Shown here: in pieces, positions 10,501 through 20,554 of the stretch
How positions within the stretch are numbered: position 1 is the stretch's first letter
Layout of the letters: every line of letters starts with the position of its first letter
DNA from: an uncultured delta proteobacterium
GTDB taxonomy: Bacteria > Myxococcota_A > Polyangia > Fen-1088
DNA: 64,000 bases
Assembly (NCBI GenBank): GCA_963767925.1
Contig: CAVYGB010000013.1
Location: 132,576 to 196,575, forward strand
Reading direction: 5' to 3'
Made by a program: the position numbers and the translations under genes
Notes under the pieces: generated by a model
Told to the model about the DNA's origin: nothing
Database searches by the model: none
The model's input: the letters and a program-made list of their open reading frames with translations, nothing else

Positions 10501-11600
10501 AGCTGGCCGCCGAAGGGGTCGAGCGCGCTCTGGATGTCGGTGGGGGCTCCGCCGTCGGTGAGCAGGAAGAGCAGGGCCGCCTTCTGGCGCGCGCCCGCCG
10601 GCGCCGAGCGCCGGGCGCCCCCGCGCTCGGGCCCGCCCGGGGTGGCCAGCGCCGGGGCGTCGGCCGGCGCCTCCTCGGGCGCGCCGAGCGCCTCCTCGAA
10701 GGCGCCCAGCAGGGTGACCGCGTCGGCGAAGCGCTGCGCGGGGTCCTTGGCCAGGCAGCGCCGGATCAGCTCGTCGATCGCCGGCGGCAGCGCCACGAAG
10801 CGCGAGGGGGCGGGGGCCCGGAACGACAGGTGGGCATACTCCAGCTCGCGGCGCTCGCCGACGAAGGGGGGCCGCAGGGTGTAGAGCTCGAACAGGATGA
10901 CGCCGAGGCCGTACACGTCGGAGCGGGCGTCGGCGTCCTGGCCGGTGATCTGCTCGGGGGCCATGTATTCGGGCGTGCCCGCCCCCGCGTCGGTCAAGCT
11001 GCGCTCGCCGTCCGGCGTCGCCGCCCCCAGCGCCAGGCCGAAGTCGATCAGCCGGACCAGCGGCCAGGGATCGCCCGCGGTGAGGAAGACGTTCTCCGGC
11101 TTGAGGTCCCGGTGCAGGACGTGCCTCCGATGCAGGGCCGCGACCGCGGTCAGCACCCCGCGGGCCACCGCGGCCGCCTGGGCCAGCGCCGGTCGCGCCG
11201 GCCAGGACAGGAGCTCTTCGTCCAGGGTGCGGCCCTGCAGGCGCTCGGTGGTCAGGTAAGCCCGCCCGTCGGCGAGGGCGCCCCAGCCGGCCACTGCCGG
11301 CACGTGGGGCGGGCCCACCCGGGCCAGCAGCTCGGCCTCGCGCCGCATGCGCTGGCGGACCCGCGCGTCGGCGGCGTGGCTCACCTTCAGCGCGACCAGC
11401 TCGCCGTCCCCGGTGCGGGCGAGCCAGACCGACCCGAAGCCGCCCTGGCCGATGCGCCCCTCGACCCGGTGGCCCGCCAGCTCGGGCGCCACCGGTTCGA
11501 CCACCTCCCCGGCCGGGTCCGCCGCGGGTGCCGGGGCGCCGTCGCCCGGGCAGGTGGCCCCGGGCGCGACCCGCCGGTGACAGCGCGGACAGCGCGACAT
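7569..11600 (-). CDS. Ser/Thr kinase - AAA (STAND-like) ATPase - TPR multidomain protein
   Basis: N-terminal CxxC...C; kinase motifs GQGGFG, VALK, HRDLKPEN, DFG, GTPEYMAPE; LAGRDADL, Walker A AEPGLGKT, Walker B LLDDAHWAD; helical-repeat C-terminus. Confidence 0.9.
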   Translation of the reverse strand: MSRCPRCHRRVAPGATCPGDGAPAPAADPAGEVVEPVAPELAGHRVEGRIGQGGFGSVWLARTGDGELVALKVSHAADARVRQRMRREAELLARVGPPHVPAVAGWGALADGRAYLTTERLQGRTLDEELLSWPARPALAQAAAVARGVLTAVAALHRRHVLHRDLKPENVFLTAGDPWPLVRLIDFGLALGAATPDGERSLTDAGAGTPEYMAPEQITGQDADARSDVYGLGVILFELYTLRPPFVGERRELEYAHLSFRAPAPSRFVALPPAIDELIRRCLAKDPAQRFADAVTLLGAFEEALGAPEEAPADAPALATPGGPERGGARRSAPAGARQKAALLFLLTDGGAPTDIQSALDPFGGQLAHVTPGRCVCAFTHRAGDHPGQRAYAAAQVLMARGLAARLIVDVDTIVARPRPDGPARLSSPIFAQESRFPTAGDPRAILLTASARSILSAVPCQAVADRPQHYLPLAPDLDRTRVAERPLPEAALPLAGRDADLQALVAEAQRALAERRPRAARVLAEPGLGKTRLAAELARRLRAEAPGAEVIELVAREPLGNGADEALAGLLRRTLDLPALPAVGDGRALLVERLGLDAAEPATAAALLLGWIPPDHPAVLSLQAAPGALRANAARAGVTALLRLAAGQPVLVLLDDAHWADDTLLDTLEQATVSELPLWVCALGRPGFADSRPTWGQRAAGAHTLRLGPLDPASAASLCRQLLAPASQIPETLIQRLVDRAQSIPLLLCDLIRGLRQQGLVREQAGGAYYVASEVLDRISDSPLFEWLASRELDELPQALAAHARLLSVLAHELTGEELAGVLAAMEGELADLFPLDAQVGMSRLEELGLLVRRRGERFVFRNEMMREAVARTVAEALGNRLHRAALGYYRSADLPDTTRLPRLAWHAAALGARQEAAAAYLTLAEAARQRHAYFDADLLYSRALGQLEEADLGNRLRAFQGRGIMRYRVARHEGSRDDLAQARALAFQGDDRRTQVEVLLDEAEALDWLFEWQRSRELAEQAQALAEGLAEPALALQARVLMALGRSAQRFNRDPEAAAALRAASSLAEQAGDAGYEVQVVADMMLGFLLPFLGQADEAEQRLTRAQRLCEAKGDELHLAGVWNNWSCLWIARNDPARFRVYNQRVLDNARRMGNANLERLGNQNAAYFLYWRGELDEALPYARRWIEVDERHFWQGGYRPDGSVLLARILWAQNQRQEAARVVEEVHRQQAQARDRSAHDLLLLPNDKLLLDMATLLVHGGDDAGWAALVGRARAVAQGQELIEVLELAGLEATNRQDRAAARRFWQEALAVCARIPNVMAGRIGQRIAGLSGAAGSAEL

Positions 11601-11704
11601 TCCGGTCCTTCTACCACCGGCAGACATCGGCCGATTCGACACACAGCGGCGGGATCGGCCCCTCCGCGGTTCAGCGCCAATGCAATCTGGTCAGGTCCGT
11701 CAAC

Positions 11705-11822
11705 CCTCTCCCCGCGGTCCGCCGTGAGGAGAGGGCAGGGTGAGGGGCGGTTGCCGCGCCGTGGGCCCCTCCCCGTCGCGCGGACGCGCCGACCTCTCCC
11801 CACGACAGACCGCGGGGAGAGG
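11705..11822. repeat. REP-like palindromic intergenic element (CCCTCTCCCC...GGGGAGAGG type)
   Basis: Perfect 15-bp inverted repeat CCTCTCCCCGCGGTC (11705-11719) / GACCGCGGGGAGAGG (11808-11822) with internal hairpins and a GGGTGAGGGG motif. Confidence 0.7.
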
Positions 11823-11883
11823 TGATGTTCCGGCGTGCCGCGGGAGAGGCGGACTCGCTCGGTTGACCGATCGGATACGACGC

Positions 11884-12372
11884 TCAGCGCCCGCTGGAGC
11901 GCGCCAGAGGGACGAAGTCGGGGCCTTCGCCCGCGCCGACCGCCGCCAGGGCCGAGTGCAGGGCCGGGACCGCGTACGCCAGGCGCCCTTCGCAGGTCGG
12001 CAGGCGCAGGCTGCGGCGGGTGGCCTCCACGCCGGTGGGCGTCTTCTGGATGAGCAGCAGCTCGAGGCCGGGATCGGGGGTATGGGCCGGCAGGGCCCAG
12101 GCCACGGTGACGCTGTCCTCGTGGGCCTGCACCGCCACCCCCGGCCTCCCCGGCAGCGGCACCGGCTCGGGCTCGATCGCCGCGCCGGCGGTGTGGCCCC
12201 CGGACTGCTCGAGCGCCGACAGCCGGCCGTTCCAGTCGGGGCAACGCTCCGACTCCGGGTGGCCGTCGACGAGCCGGCGGTAGATCGCGATCGCCTCCTG
12301 CAGCCGCCCCTGCGAAGCGCACAGCTCGGCCATGGTCTCGGTCTCGAAGAGCGTGTCGCCGCCGATGTTCAT
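11884..12372 (-). CDS. Hypothetical protein with an N-terminal TPR-like motif
   Basis: TETMAELCASQGRLQEAIAIYRRL is TPR-like; ATGA overlap with the ribF stop. Confidence 0.7.
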   Translation of the reverse strand: MNIGGDTLFETETMAELCASQGRLQEAIAIYRRLVDGHPESERCPDWNGRLSALEQSGGHTAGAAIEPEPVPLPGRPGVAVQAHEDSVTVAWALPAHTPDPGLELLLIQKTPTGVEATRRSLRLPTCEGRLAYAVPALHSALAAVGAGEGPDFVPLARSSGR

Positions 12373-13322
12373 CCCAGCACCTCCCGCGTCCGGCTCACAT
12401 CCCGCCCGATCTGCGCGATCAGCGCCTCCACCGTGTCGAAGCGGCGCTCGTCGCGCAGGCGGGTCGCGAACAGCAACCGCATCCGGGCGCCGTACAGATC
12501 GCCGCCCGGGTAGTCGAGCAGGTGCGCCTCCACCGTCAGGCGCGCAACCTCTCCCACCTGGAAGGTGGGGTTGGTGCCGATGCTCACCGCCGCCCGGAGC
12601 TCACCGCCGCCGTCCAGGAGCTGGGCGCGGGCGGCGTAGATGCCGGTGCGGAAGGCGGGGTCCTCCCCCTCGGGCTGCAGGTTGGCGGTGGCGAAGCCGA
12701 GACCCCGGCCGCGGCCGGCGCCGCGCACCACCACCCCGGTGATCTCGGGCGGGCGTCCCAGCAGCAAGGCCGCCCCCTCGATCCGTCCCTCCAGCAGGAA
12801 CTCGCGGATCTTCGTCGACGAGCAGTGCATCCCCTCGGCCGTCACCGGAGAGACCACCGTGACGCCGAAGCCGCGCGCGCGTCCGAGGTCGACCAGCATG
12901 GCGGCCGTGCCGGCCCGCCGGTGCCCGAAGCTGAAGTCGTAGCCGACCACCACGTGGCCCACGCCGAGCGCCTCCACCAGCACCTGGTCGACGAAGGCCA
13001 CCGGCGGCAGGGCGGCCAGCTCGGCGTCGAAGCGCTCTACCACCGCGAAGTCGGCGCCCGCCTCGCCCAGCAGCTCGATCCGCCGGGCGAGGGGCAGCAG
13101 CAGGGGGGGCGCCAGCGCGGGCGCGAAGAAGCGGGCGGGGTGGGGATCGAAGGTCAGCACGCCGGCCAGCACGCGCCGGCTGTCGGCCTCGGTGCGGGCA
13201 GCGGCTACCAGCGCCTGGTGTCCGCGGTGGACGCCATCGAAGTTGCCGATGGCGACGGCCGGCGATCGGGGCGCCTGCCCGAGATCCGCGACCAGCCGTG
13301 CGCGGCCCCGAGCGACCCTCAT
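12369..13322 (-). CDS. ribF: Bifunctional riboflavin kinase / FAD synthetase
   Basis: AIGNFDGVHRGHQ, LTFDPHP, VVGYDFSFG, SSTKIRE, GRGRGLGFATANL, SIGTNPTF, EAHLLD, LRDERRF. Confidence 0.96.
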   Translation of the reverse strand: MRVARGRARLVADLGQAPRSPAVAIGNFDGVHRGHQALVAAARTEADSRRVLAGVLTFDPHPARFFAPALAPPLLLPLARRIELLGEAGADFAVVERFDAELAALPPVAFVDQVLVEALGVGHVVVGYDFSFGHRRAGTAAMLVDLGRARGFGVTVVSPVTAEGMHCSSTKIREFLLEGRIEGAALLLGRPPEITGVVVRGAGRGRGLGFATANLQPEGEDPAFRTGIYAARAQLLDGGGELRAAVSIGTNPTFQVGEVARLTVEAHLLDYPGGDLYGARMRLLFATRLRDERRFDTVEALIAQIGRDVSRTREVLG

Positions 13323-13413
13323 GTTCACCGGATATACGTTGCGCCGAAGGTCGGTCAAGCACAACCGTGGCCAGGAACTCGACAAGGGTCCCGAAACGGC
13401 TTTCGATGTGGGC

Positions 13414-14679
13414 ATGCCGTTTCTGGCCAATCGCCGTCTGCGGACCTGGGTCGAGCTCGCGCTCGGCGGGGCGGTCCTGCTGACCGGCGCGCTGGCGCTG
13501 CCGCTCGGCCTGGCCAGCCTGGCCTCGGCGCCGCTGGTCGGCAGCGGGTACGCGCTGGCGCCGGCCGGCGTCGGCCCGTCGGTCCCGCCCCTGGCGGCGC
13601 TGGTGATCCGGGCCTTCGCCTGCCTGCCCCTCGGCGACGTGGCCACGCGGGCCAACCTCGCCTCGGTCGTGGCGGCCGCGCTGGCCGCGGTCTGGCTGAC
13701 CCGCCTGGCTCTGGAGGTGCTGGCCGAGGTGACCGCGCCGCCCGACGGGGCGACCCGCCCGGCGCGCGAGGCGACCTGCGAGGCGATCGCCGCCGCCGGA
13801 GCGGTGGCCTGTGTGATGTTCGCGCTCGGTGTGTTCGTGGCGGCCACCTCCGCGGCCGGCAGCGCGATGACGCTCGCCCTGCTGGCCGGGTTCTGGGTGC
13901 GGGCCTTCCGGCTGTACCGATCGCCGGACAGCCCGCGCGAGGGGCTGGTCCTGGCGCTGCTCGCCGGGCTCGCCCTCGGCGCCGACGGCCTGGCGGTCCT
14001 GGTCTGCTGGCCGGTCGCGCTGGCGCTGTGGGGACGCGCGCTCCGCCGGGGCGATCGCTGGCCGCTGTTCGCGCCGCTGCTGGCGGTGGCCGGCGCCGGT
14101 CTGGGCCTGTTCGGCGCGCTGGACGCGGGGATCGCGGGCTGGCTGGGCGCCACCTTCTCCGCCCTGCTGGCGCCCGCCGCGGCAGAGCCCGACCGGCTCG
14201 TCCTGCAGTCGGCGGCGGACGCGGTCACCGAGATCGGCCCCATCGCGGCGCTGGCGGCGGCGGTGGGGCTCGTCGTGCTGGCCGCCCGGGTCCCCCGCCT
14301 GGCCCTGGCGACCGTGCTCGCCGGGGGGACCGCGCTGCTGCTGGCCGGTCCGGGCGCCGCCGCCCTGGCCCCGGCCGCGGTGCCGCTGGCCGTGGGTATC
14401 TCCCACCTGGCCGGCAAGCTCGGTCCGGCCCGGGCCGCCGCCGCCCTCGTGATCGGGGTTGTCGCGCTGGGCTGGCCCGCGCTCGATGGCGGCGGTCGCT
14501 GGACCCGCCCGGCCCGCCTGCCCGAGCGCCTGCTGGGCGAGGCCCACGCCGGCATCGCGCCGCGCGCGCGGGTGAACCCGGGCAGCCGGCCGATGTCGGG
14601 CCTGCTGCTCTACGGCCGCGCGCTCGGCTTGCGCCCCGACGTCACCCTCGAGCCCGCGGCCACCGGGACGGTCCGCTGA
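13414..14679 (+). CDS. Polytopic membrane protein, DUF2723/GT-C-like
   Basis: Many hydrophobic segments; LPLGDVATRANLASVVAAALA resembles the DUF2723 signature. Confidence 0.55.
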   Translation: MPFLANRRLRTWVELALGGAVLLTGALALPLGLASLASAPLVGSGYALAPAGVGPSVPPLAALVIRAFACLPLGDVATRANLASVVAAALAAVWLTRLALEVLAEVTAPPDGATRPAREATCEAIAAAGAVACVMFALGVFVAATSAAGSAMTLALLAGFWVRAFRLYRSPDSPREGLVLALLAGLALGADGLAVLVCWPVALALWGRALRRGDRWPLFAPLLAVAGAGLGLFGALDAGIAGWLGATFSALLAPAAAEPDRLVLQSAADAVTEIGPIAALAAAVGLVVLAARVPRLALATVLAGGTALLLAGPGAAALAPAAVPLAVGISHLAGKLGPARAAAALVIGVVALGWPALDGGGRWTRPARLPERLLGEAHAGIAPRARVNPGSRPMSGLLLYGRALGLRPDVTLEPAATGTVR

Positions 14680-14790
14680 TCCCGGGATGACGCTTCGCTC
14701 TACGCCGAGAACTTGTTCGTAGACGACCCGGGTCTCCCCCAGACATAGTGGCTGCTCCCCGGGGCCCCAAAACCTCGAAGGGTATGCCCT

Positions 14791-16083
14791 ATGAGAGACG
14801 CAGCTCGTTCGCCCAGGGCGGGGTTTCGAGGCGTGGTGGCGGTGCTCCTGACAGGCCTCCTGGTCCTGTCTTGCCGAGACAATTTGATCCCACCGGTCCC
14901 CGAGGAGGTGGACCCGGGTCCGGGCGTGCCCGCCCCGGCCGGCTCCGACGCCGCCCGGCCCGACACGGGAGGCCCCGGTCCCGACCCCGACCCGCGGCCG
15001 CTGCCCCCCTCCGACGCCCGCCCCCCGGACACGGCGGAAGGGGAGGGCCCCACCGATGGTCCCCTCGCCGCCGACGCCCCGTCGATCGATCCGCCGGCGC
15101 CCCCGCCCGACGCCGCACCTGCGCCTCCGCCCCCGGCCCCGCCGCCGAGTTGCGGCCTGCCCGGTGGCCCCTGCTGTCCCGATGACAGCTGCGCCGGGGA
15201 TGCCTGCTGCGGCATCACCGTCGGCGGCGAGCCCCGCTGCGTCGCCCCCGGCGGCGCCTGCCGCCTGCCGGGCGGAGCCGCCGGCGGCACCTGCAACGCG
15301 GGCCTGTGTTCGGGCTGTGGCGCGGTCCTGAACCAGCTCTGCTGCCAGGGCGACACCTGCACCGGCGCCGGCCTCGTCTGCGGCGGTGACACCTGCGAGA
15401 CCTGCGGCACCGCCGGCGGTGCCTGCTGTCCCGGCGCGACCTGCAACGCCAACCTGGCCTGCGTGGCCGGCGAGTGCGAAGCCTGCGGCGGTCGAGGCCA
15501 GCCCTGCTGCGCCGGCCGGGCCTGCAACGCCGGCGGCTGCTGCCTCGGCGCCGGCACCGGCACCTGCACGGCTGCCGGCCAGACCTGCCTCCAGCCGGGC
15601 CCCAACGGCGGCCAGTGCCAGGCCGGCCGCTGCAGCCTGTGCGGAAACGCCGACCAGGACTGCTGCTCCGGCGCCGTCTGTTACGGCGGCCGCGCGTGCG
15701 TCAGCGGCACCTGCGCCGGCTGCGGCACCACCGGCGGCCAGCGCTCCTGCCCGGGCCGGATCTGCAACCCCGGCCTCTGCGTCGCCGACGGCGCCACCTG
15801 CATCGCCCCCGGCGTCCTCTGCGGCCAGAATTCCGGCCGCTGCACCCCCGACGGCTCCTGCGTCGACGGGAACACCGCCTGCGGCGGCCTCGACCAACCC
15901 TGCTGCGGCGCCAACGCCCTCCCCGCCGGCGTCTATTGCTCCCGCCCCGGCACCATCTGCACCGGCCTCGGCCTCAACCGCCGCTGCACCGCCTGCGGCA
16001 CCCCCGGCCAGCCCTGCTGCGAAGGCGACGTCTGCCAGACCGGCACCTGCCAGGGCCTCCTGCTCGACCGCACCTGCCGCTAG
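14791..16083 (+). CDS. Cysteine-rich repeat lipoprotein
   Basis: Lipobox LVLS-C, Pro/Asp/Ala linker, repeated CG..GQPCC-type modules. Confidence 0.8.
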   Translation: MRDAARSPRAGFRGVVAVLLTGLLVLSCRDNLIPPVPEEVDPGPGVPAPAGSDAARPDTGGPGPDPDPRPLPPSDARPPDTAEGEGPTDGPLAADAPSIDPPAPPPDAAPAPPPPAPPPSCGLPGGPCCPDDSCAGDACCGITVGGEPRCVAPGGACRLPGGAAGGTCNAGLCSGCGAVLNQLCCQGDTCTGAGLVCGGDTCETCGTAGGACCPGATCNANLACVAGECEACGGRGQPCCAGRACNAGGCCLGAGTGTCTAAGQTCLQPGPNGGQCQAGRCSLCGNADQDCCSGAVCYGGRACVSGTCAGCGTTGGQRSCPGRICNPGLCVADGATCIAPGVLCGQNSGRCTPDGSCVDGNTACGGLDQPCCGANALPAGVYCSRPGTICTGLGLNRRCTACGTPGQPCCEGDVCQTGTCQGLLLDRTCR

Positions 16084-16188
16084 CAGCCCATCGAACGCGT
16101 CCTCGTCCCGAGGTGAACGGAGGACGAGCACGTGAGTCGTGCAGGTCTGACGGATCCCGTCCCCCGTCCGGCGCGCCCCCCTCACCGC

Positions 16189-19100
16189 CTACGGCGGACA
16201 CACATTCGCCACCCCCTTGCTGGCCACCATTGCCACGAACCCCCCCGTCCCATCCGGACACCGCCCCACCGACGACACGTGCTCGGTCCACCCATACCGA
16301 TCGACAACCCGCCCATTCGGGTCATGCAGAGATCACCGCATCCGCTGCCCCCAGCCCGAACGGGAAATCCACATTCTGCTCGCGCACGAGCAACCCCCCC
16401 GGCGCCACCGTGGTCCCGGCCGGGAACGTGTACACGTGACCGATCCCCGTCTCCGCATCGGTGAAGAACCACCCCGTCAGATCGACCGCCTCCGTCCCCG
16501 GGTTCCATAGCTCCACCCAGTCCGGATTGGGATTCGACGCCACCTCGTTGAGGACGATCGTGCCCACCACCGGCACCGGCGGCGGAGGCGGAGGAGGTGG
16601 CGGCGGGGGAGGGGGAGGGGGAGGCGGCGGCACCGGCGCCAGCGGCAGCGGCAACCGCCCGAGCCGGTAGAAGAACGCCGCCTCCTCGCCCCCGTCGTTG
16701 TCGTTGGCCACGAACGTCCCCCGCGGCGTCGGGATGACGCTCTCGACCTTCTCGAAATCGAACCGGAACGGCGTATCGAGCAGGTCCACCGCCAGCACCT
16801 TGTCGATCGGGTCCGCGCTCAGGTTGGCCGTGCCGCTGCTCAGGCGAAACGTGTAGATCCGCTTGACCGCCGCGCTCCCCGTGCGCCGCTGGTCTCGCTC
16901 GAGCACCGAGAAGACGTCCCCCTCGAGGTGCGTGATCTCCGACAGCACGATGGCGTTGCGCGCGCCCGCGAGATCGGGCTGCAGCGGGTAGAAGTAGAAG
17001 CTCCAGGCGTTCGCGTCGACGTCGTATTCGCCGATGCGGGTCAGCCCCGGCGGGTCGACATTGCCCGACAGCGGCCGCTGGATCACGGTGTAGACCTTCA
17101 CCCCGCCCGCCGCCGCCCCGTTCGCGTCGATGGTTGTCACCCCCTCGAACCCGTTGCCGGTCAGCCGGGTCCAGTCGAGCCCGTTGGCCTCGCCGGTCGC
17201 CGCGCAGGGCAGATCGACGATGCCGTCGCCCCCGCCGTACGCCGGATCGAGCCGCCCCGTGGCAGCGACGAAAAGCAGGCGGTTGCGCTGCTTCTCGCTG
17301 CCGCCGGGGCCGGTCACGCAGGCCGCGTCGCTGCCGCCGTTGGCCGGGGTCCCCTCGCTGGCCAGGACGTACCCGCCGGCCGGGTTGAGCGCCAGCCCCT
17401 CGGGGTCGTAGCCCTCGAGCGGTCCGCCGTCGGCCGCCTCGAGCAGCAGCTCGTCGACGAGCTTCATGCCCCGCCCCGACTCGTCCTCCTGGAAGGTCCA
17501 GATCCGCTGGCGGGCGAAGGCGACGTCGGGCAGGACGATCACCTGCTTGGCCACCCCGTTCCAGGCGCCGCCGCTGATCGCCCCGAAGGGACGCCCGTCG
17601 CTGCGCGCCTGCAGCAGGTTGTCGGGGAAGGTCTGCACCTCCTCCGCCCGGGTCACCCCCTGGTAGATCCACACCCCCCCGCCCAGGAACGCATCGGTCG
17701 CGGCGCCGTCGTTGGGCCCTTCCCCCGCCACCACCACCAGGTTCCGGCCCGGGATCGCCACCACCCCCTCGGGCCGGAAGGGCGCCGGCAGCACCTGCAC
17801 CAGCTCGGGCCGCGCCGGATCGTCGACCCGGGCGACGAACAGCGAGCTGTTGCGCTCGCCCAGCAGGAAGGCGTATTCGGCGCCGCCGAAGCGGGCGGCG
17901 GCGCACCCCTCCACCTCGATGCCCCGGGCCCCCGAGCGCGAATCGGGGTATTGCCCGAAGCGGGCGGCCAGCCGCTCGAGCGCCGGCCCCGAATCGAAGC
18001 GCAGCGCCCCCTCGAGGTCGAAGACCGAGAAGCCGCGGCCGCCCGCGAGCTGCCCGTCCGCGGGGGCCGAGTCCCCCTCGTTGGCGGTGAGGAAGTGCCG
18101 GCCGTCGGCCAGAAGGCAGATCGAGTCGGCCTCCCGGCGCCCCACGAACGGCTGATCGAGCGCGATCTCGCCGTTGGCGGTGGTGTCGCCGCGGCTCGCG
18201 ACCGTCCCCAGATCCAGATAGCGCTCGATCCGCTCCTGCAGGAGGTCGACCACCGCCACGACGTTGTTCTCCTGCAGCGACACGAGGGCCCGGGTCCCGT
18301 CGCGCGAGATGTCGACGAACTCCGGCTGGGGATCGGTCCGATGGTTCCCCACCGGCGGCGCGACCGCCAGGGTGGCCACCGCCGACCGGCCCGGGTCGGC
18401 GTAGTCGAGGGTGACGATCTGGATGGCGCCCGGCCGACCGGCGGCGGCCGACTCGTCCTCGATCGCCACCACCGCGCGCAACCCGTCGGGCGTGAGGCGC
18501 AGGCTGTCGGGGCCCACCCCCAGCGGCACCCGGGCCACCACCCCCTCCGCCGGCTGCGCGAGGTCGATGAAGGCCAATGCCCCGGGGTTGGCCAGCGCCG
18601 GGGCGCTCGCGTCGAGCACCGCCGCCAGCGCGTAGCGCCCGTTGGGCGTGACCGCCACCGAGGTGATCGAGCCGGCGCCGGGCGTGCCCACCACGTTGCG
18701 GACGTCGGCGATCGCCAGCAGGCGCGGGGCGCGCGGGTCGGAGATGTCGAGCACCTCGACCGTGTTGGTGATGCCGTTCGAATAGACGACGGTGTTGCCG
18801 TCGGGCGTGGCCGCCACCGTCTCGGCCGCCGGGCCGGTGGGCGAGGCGTGGCGCCCCACCAGCCGGAAGCCCACGACCTCCGCCGGTCCGGCCTGGCACA
18901 GGTATCGAGTCTGGCTCACCTCGCCGGCGTCGAGCGTCCCGTCGCCGTCCGCGTCGACGCCGCTGCTGACCCGCAGGCCCCCGCCGGGGCAGTTGTCGCC
19001 GGGCGGCTCGTCGGCGAGATCGATCAGCGCCCGCTCGCCGGGAGGGCCGGGTGGTCCCGGGGGGCCGGGTGGTCCTCGCGGCCCCCGCGGCCCGCGCGGA

Positions 19101-19402
19101 CCCCGGGGCCCCTGGTGCCCGGCCAGCACCACCACCTCGTCGGGGTCGGTCAGCGTCCGGGCCAGCACCCGATCCATCGCCGAGGCGTCGCAGGTGTAGG
19201 TGACCGCGTCCACCTCCCACTCCGAGAGCAGCCCGTCGCGATCGTCGTCCATGCCGGCGCGGATGGCCTGTCCCCCGCGCGCGCAGTTGTCCCCCGCCGG
19301 CTCGGGGACGATCTCCAGCAGCGACACCCGCTTGCGCGAGCCGCCACAGCCACCGAGCAGCAGGAGGACGAGACCGGTCTGGACCAGGACGGCAAGGCGC
19401 AT
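16189..19402 (-). CDS. Mosaic lipoprotein: collagen-like repeat, beta-propeller (choice-of-anchor I-like), phytase-like esterase domain, poly-Pro linker, lamin-tail domain; one frameshift near 16330
   Basis: GGAGG RBS, lipobox LLGG-C, (GPR)4(GPP)4, QPEFVDIS, LTANEGD, DPEGLA, GNGFEG, VANDND, IVLNEV..DWVELWN. The lamin-tail end (HDPNGRVVDRYGW...GRCPDGTG...N) continues in another frame to TAG at 16189. Confidence 0.75.
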
Positions 19403-19565
19403 CGCAACCTCCATCGGGAGCCGGGAACCGCCACCCGTTATCGCAAGGGAAAAGCGGAGGGTGGTGTGACAGCTCGGACCCGGATCCGCCAACCACCACC
19501 CCCCCCAAGGACAAACGCGCGCGACGTTGCCTATTCCCTCCCCTGAGATAGGCTGTCGCCTCCCG

Positions 19566-20543
19566 ATGTCGCTGACGACCCCCTCGGCCGTGTTCGCCCT
19601 CGCCGTCGTGCTGGCCGCGCCGTCCCTGCGCGCCGAGGAGTTCCCCCGAAAGCCGATCACCTTGATCGTGCCCTTCTCGGCCGGGGGGCCCACCGACACC
19701 GTCAGCCGGCTGGTGGCCCAGGGCATGTCGAAGTCGCTCGGCAAGCAGGTGGTGATCGAGAACGTCGGCGGCGCCGGCGGCACCATCGGCGCCGGCCGGG
19801 TCGCGCGCGCCGCGGGCGACGGCTACACCCTGCTGCTCCACCACATCGGGATGGCCACCGCCCCCGCCCTCTACCGCAAGCTCCCGTTCAAGGTCCCCGA
19901 CGACTTCGCGCCCATCGGCCTGGTCGCCGACGTCCCGATGACCCTGGTGGCGCGCAAGGACTTCCCGGCCACGGACCTGCCCGAGCTGCTGGCCCACGTC
20001 CGGCAGAACCGGGACAAGGTCACCTACGCCAACGCCGGCATCGGCTCGGCCTCGCACCTGTGTGGGCTGCTCCTGATGAGCGCCATCAAGACCGACCTCA
20101 CCACCGTGCCCTACAAGGGGACCGGCCCGGCCATGAACGATCTGCTGGGCCAGCAGGTCGACTTCATGTGCGACCAGACAACCAACACAACCAGCCAGAT
20201 CAAGGCCGGCAAGGTGAAGGCCTACGGCGTGACAACCCGCCGCCCGGTCCCCTCGCTGCCCCAGCTCAAGCCGCTGCACGACAGCGGGCTGCCCGGCTTC
20301 GAGGTGGTGATCTGGCACGGCCTCTACGCCCCCAAGGGCACCCCCCAGCCGGTGATCGATCGGCTGTCCCGCGTGCTCGGCGAGGTGCTGCAGGACCGCA
20401 CCCTCGCCACCCGCCTGCGCGACCTCGGCAGCGAGCCCGCCGCCCGGGAGCGGGCCACGCCCGACGCCCTGCGGACGCTGCTCCGGTCGGAGCTCGACCG
20501 CTGGGGTGGCATCATCCGGCAGGCCGGCGTGTACGCCGATTGA
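19566..20543 (+). CDS. tctC: Tripartite tricarboxylate transporter substrate-binding protein (TctC/Bug family)
   Basis: FPRKPITLIVPFSAGGPTD, ENVGGAGG.IG, DGYTLL, VPYKG.GPA..DLLG. Confidence 0.93.
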   Translation: MSLTTPSAVFALAVVLAAPSLRAEEFPRKPITLIVPFSAGGPTDTVSRLVAQGMSKSLGKQVVIENVGGAGGTIGAGRVARAAGDGYTLLLHHIGMATAPALYRKLPFKVPDDFAPIGLVADVPMTLVARKDFPATDLPELLAHVRQNRDKVTYANAGIGSASHLCGLLLMSAIKTDLTTVPYKGTGPAMNDLLGQQVDFMCDQTTNTTSQIKAGKVKAYGVTTRRPVPSLPQLKPLHDSGLPGFEVVIWHGLYAPKGTPQPVIDRLSRVLGEVLQDRTLATRLRDLGSEPAARERATPDALRTLLRSELDRWGGIIRQAGVYAD

Positions 20544-20554
20544 ACGGATCGAAG

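Noticed and set aside
7530-11825. 1,431-aa plus-strand ORF
   Set aside because: Antisense shadow of the kinase-ATPase gene; long stop-free opposite frames are expected at this GC content and it has no recognisable motifs.
12601-20318. Long ORFs 12601-16185 and 16182-20318 (minus), and similarly 42667-46737
   Set aside because: Arg/Gly/Ala-rich alternative or antisense frames overlapping genes with clear motifs.
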